A DNA stretch of 64,000 nt, taken from assembly GCA_965287045.1 (NCBI GenBank), contig OZ336882.1, positions 74,028,001-74,092,000 on the forward strand, read 5' to 3'. The stretch is from Carcharhinus amblyrhynchos (lineage: Eukaryota). The notes beneath the pieces were generated by a model, which was not told where the DNA came from, did no database searches, and was given only the letters and a program-made list of their open reading frames with translations. Each line of letters opens with the position of its first letter. Positions within the stretch are counted from its first letter, which is position 1. This document shows positions 61,125 through 64,000 of the stretch, in pieces. The translations under genes were made by a program, and so were the position numbers.

Positions 61125-64000
61125 AGTGAGTGAGATTGATGGAATGGGAGAGTGTGTGCGAGGGTGGGAGAATGGGAGTTTAAACGACTGTCCGTGGAGT
61201 GAAATATTGTGGCTTTGCAAGAGCTTGTGCAGTGAGTGTATGGGAGTTAAGTAAGTTTGGGAGGATGAAATAGTTCGGGGTCGTGAGATATTTGGAAGTT
61301 GCTTGAGTGTGCGTGTGAGGTTGCGGGTAAATGGGGGTCGTTGGCAGTGTGTGTCAGAGTAAGAGTGTGGGCAGGAGCGAAGATGCAGAGTTGGAAAATT
61401 TATTTTACGTGGCTCAGTCCCGTATCAGGTTTCTCCCTCAACTTCACCCACCGTGCAATATACTCTCATCCAGATTCAGAATGGGCCAGAATATCGGTGT
61501 GAGTTCATTTAACCTGTGAGTGAACTGAAGGTTTACACGTTCACCTACCATAATCCAACACCGAAATTTCTGTATTTCGTGCCTTTTTTTCTGTTGCTCT
61601 GCAATTTCTATGCATCATTTTTTTTCTTAATTATTCGAGAGAGCTGTGCCAAATTTATTCATCAAATATCTGCTTTTTAGCCTATCGATTAAAAAAAAAC
61701 TTTGAAATACGCCCCGGCATGAACTTATAGGCCTCGCTTAAAACCTGCACAGAAAACATCTTATCGACTGTGAGGTTTAATGTCCAGAGTACTGAAAAAC
61801 TTTTGGGAAATAGAAAAGGAGTAGAGTCGCCCACACCTGCAAAGGTAATTTGATTTTTCTTTGTGTCTGCATTAGTAACGTTTAAGTGGGAACTTAATTC
61901 AATAAACACGCAGTCGGATCAGCACGAACGTGGAGTGTTTTCTTCCAAACTCCTGAAGAGTTCGGAGGCACTGGTTTGTCGCTGCTGCTTCACATCGCCA
62001 GTGCCTTGAGTTTGATTGTGATTTGGGTCACTATCTTTGTGGATTCTGCACATTCTACCCGTATCTTTGTGGGTTTCCTCCACGTGCTCCTGATTCTTTT
62101 TTCCCTACAGTCCCAGATTTGCGGGTTAGGCGGACTGCCTATGTGCAATTGCCAGGGCGACTGGATGGAGAAAATGTGTGGGGTTTTGGGCGCCGTACTT
62201 ACGCAAGGATATTTTGGCCTTGGAGGGAGTGCAGAGGAGGTTTACTAGGCTGATGCCAGAGTTGAGGGGGTTGAGCTATGAGGAGAGGCTGAATAAACTA
62301 GGCTTGTACTCGTTAGAGTTTAGAAGAATGAGGGGAGATCTCATTGAGACGTATAAGATGATGAATGGGATGGATAGGATAGAGGTGGAGAGAGTCTTCC
62401 CGCTCAGAAAGGATAATAGGAATAGGGGGGACAGCCTCAAGATAAAGGGGGGGGGGCGGTTTAGAACAGAGTTGAGGAGGAACTTCTTCACTCAAAGGGT
62501 GGTGAATCTCTGGAATTCTCTGCCCGTTGAAGTGGTGGAGGCTGCCTCGCTAAATATTTTTAAGAAGCGGGTTGATGGTTTTTGATAAGAGAGGGGATTA
62601 AGGGTTATGGGGAGAGGGCGGGAATGTGGAACTGAGCCACGACAGATCAGCCATGATCTTATTGAATGGCGGGGCAGGCTCGAAGGGCCAGATAGCCTAC
62701 TCATGCTCCTATTTCTTATGTTCTTATGTTATGGGGATAGGGGTTGAGTGGAATTGTGGTTGGTGCACAATCGATGGGCCCAATGAACTCCTCCTACACT
62801 GAAGGATCCTATGAATCTACGAAATGGATAATCAGTAACACAGCAAGTGGAATCCCTGGAATGGTAGGAAGGCACAGTTTGGAAGTGAACAAATTTGCCT
62901 GTGGTTACTCCTATGCTTCCGTAGTATGGTATGTTGCAGTCACATCCATGTCTGTACCATTAAGTTTCTTCAAGTGAATGCAGATATTGAAAAGTTTATA
63001 TCTGCCACGGCGGGATACCATCGATACGGTGCAAGTTGATAACTTCCTGCTGGTGTGAGTTTGAAAATAATGTTACTTTCAGAATTCGAACAGAATGTAT
63101 GGTTGGCAGAGAGAACAACCGTAAGAGAAGGATTAAAAAAAAACAAACGAAGCTAAATGACGATGAGATTTGGATTGGTGAGTGACAATGATCAGGAGAA
63201 TGAGGGATCGAGAGAAAACATATAAGGTGAGGGGATGCGACGGCGAATGGCAAAAAAAATGTGTTCAACAGAGATGGAATTGGGAGTTAGTGAGAGTATC
63301 CAGCAAGGCCAAGAGTGCAAAACGGCTTTTGTGTGAGTAGGGTAGAATGCTGATTAATATGAGGAGGGAGAGGAGAAAGAGGGGAGGATGACGAAAATGT
63401 GGGAGAGCAGTGGAATTGAGAGAAAAGTGTACGCAGGGATCATCCTAAAGAGAGAGGGGAACAACAAGAAAGGGAAAGAGTGTTGAAGACATGCAGAGAG
63501 AGTGAGGAACAAAGGGAGCTAGTGAGAAAAGAGAAGGGAGCGTTTAAAGAACGTTCAGAAGACAAGACGATGAGGTACAAGAGCAAAATTGGCTTTTGGG
63601 GTCTTTTTTGCCATTCTATCGCTGATAAGTTTCTCCACCACATTCTCCCGCTTTTTTCACATACGGTTTAAGCCCCTTCCCAATAATTGGCATATCTATC
63701 TCTGCCTTAAACACCTTCAATGACATGGCCTCCACAGCCTTCTGTGGCAATGAATCCCATGCAATCACCAACATCCGGCTGAAGAAATTCCCCCTCATCA
63801 CATCGATAAAGGAAGTCCCCTTAATCTGAGAGAATGCCCTCGGATCGTAACCTCTCCTACCAAGGAGAATATTCCAACATCCACGCTCTCCTGACAGTTC
63901 AGTATTCCATGAGCTTCAATGAGATTACACCTCACTCTTCCAAACTCTATCCAGTACAAGACTCCGATTCCTCAAACACCTCATACGTCAGGCTTTTCAT
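61125..64000. repeat. Direct segmental duplication, copy B (partner 49910-52265); continues past the window end
   Basis: Collinear with copy A apart from the CR1 insertion at 62183-62730. Confidence 0.92.
62183..62730 (+). mobile_element. Young 5'-truncated CR1 inserted after the duplication
   Basis: Open ORF2 C-terminus (62178..62585) and cttatgttcttatg tail; absent from copy A at about 50977. Confidence 0.95.

Noticed and set aside
1-64000. CRISPR arrays, operons or other prokaryotic systems
   Set aside because: No regularly spaced repeat-spacer arrays; spliced genes and vertebrate TEs show this is eukaryotic DNA. Most short ORFs in the track are TE antisense frames or noise.

Overview
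Repeat-dense vertebrate genomic DNA, most likely from a cartilaginous fish (inferred from the CR1 LINE/V-SINE tails and the Penelope-like element type). The genic content is a cluster of four divergent, two-exon, GPR139/GPR142-like class A GPCR genes. Three are intact: 10697-7093 (-), 23277-18264 (-) and 36967-38357 (+). One is a pseudogene, 56650-55759 (-). Each intact gene has a 67-70 nt first coding exon that the ORF track misses. The cluster shows an inverted segmental duplication (1-1412 vs 40775-42150) and a direct one (about 45340-52265 vs 59470-64000). Not resolved by the ORF track are: a degraded retrovirus-like provirus (RNase H end, integrase, env-like region, about 30600-34545, -), two Penelope-like insertions with 13-14 bp TSDs and hammerhead ribozyme motifs, Gypsy, Tx1, L2, Rex1, hAT and piggyBac relics, tRNA-Ile and tRNA-Lys pseudogenes, and a 28S rRNA sarcin-ricin-loop fragment. 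All alignments and translations were done by eye; boundaries of degraded repeats are approximate.
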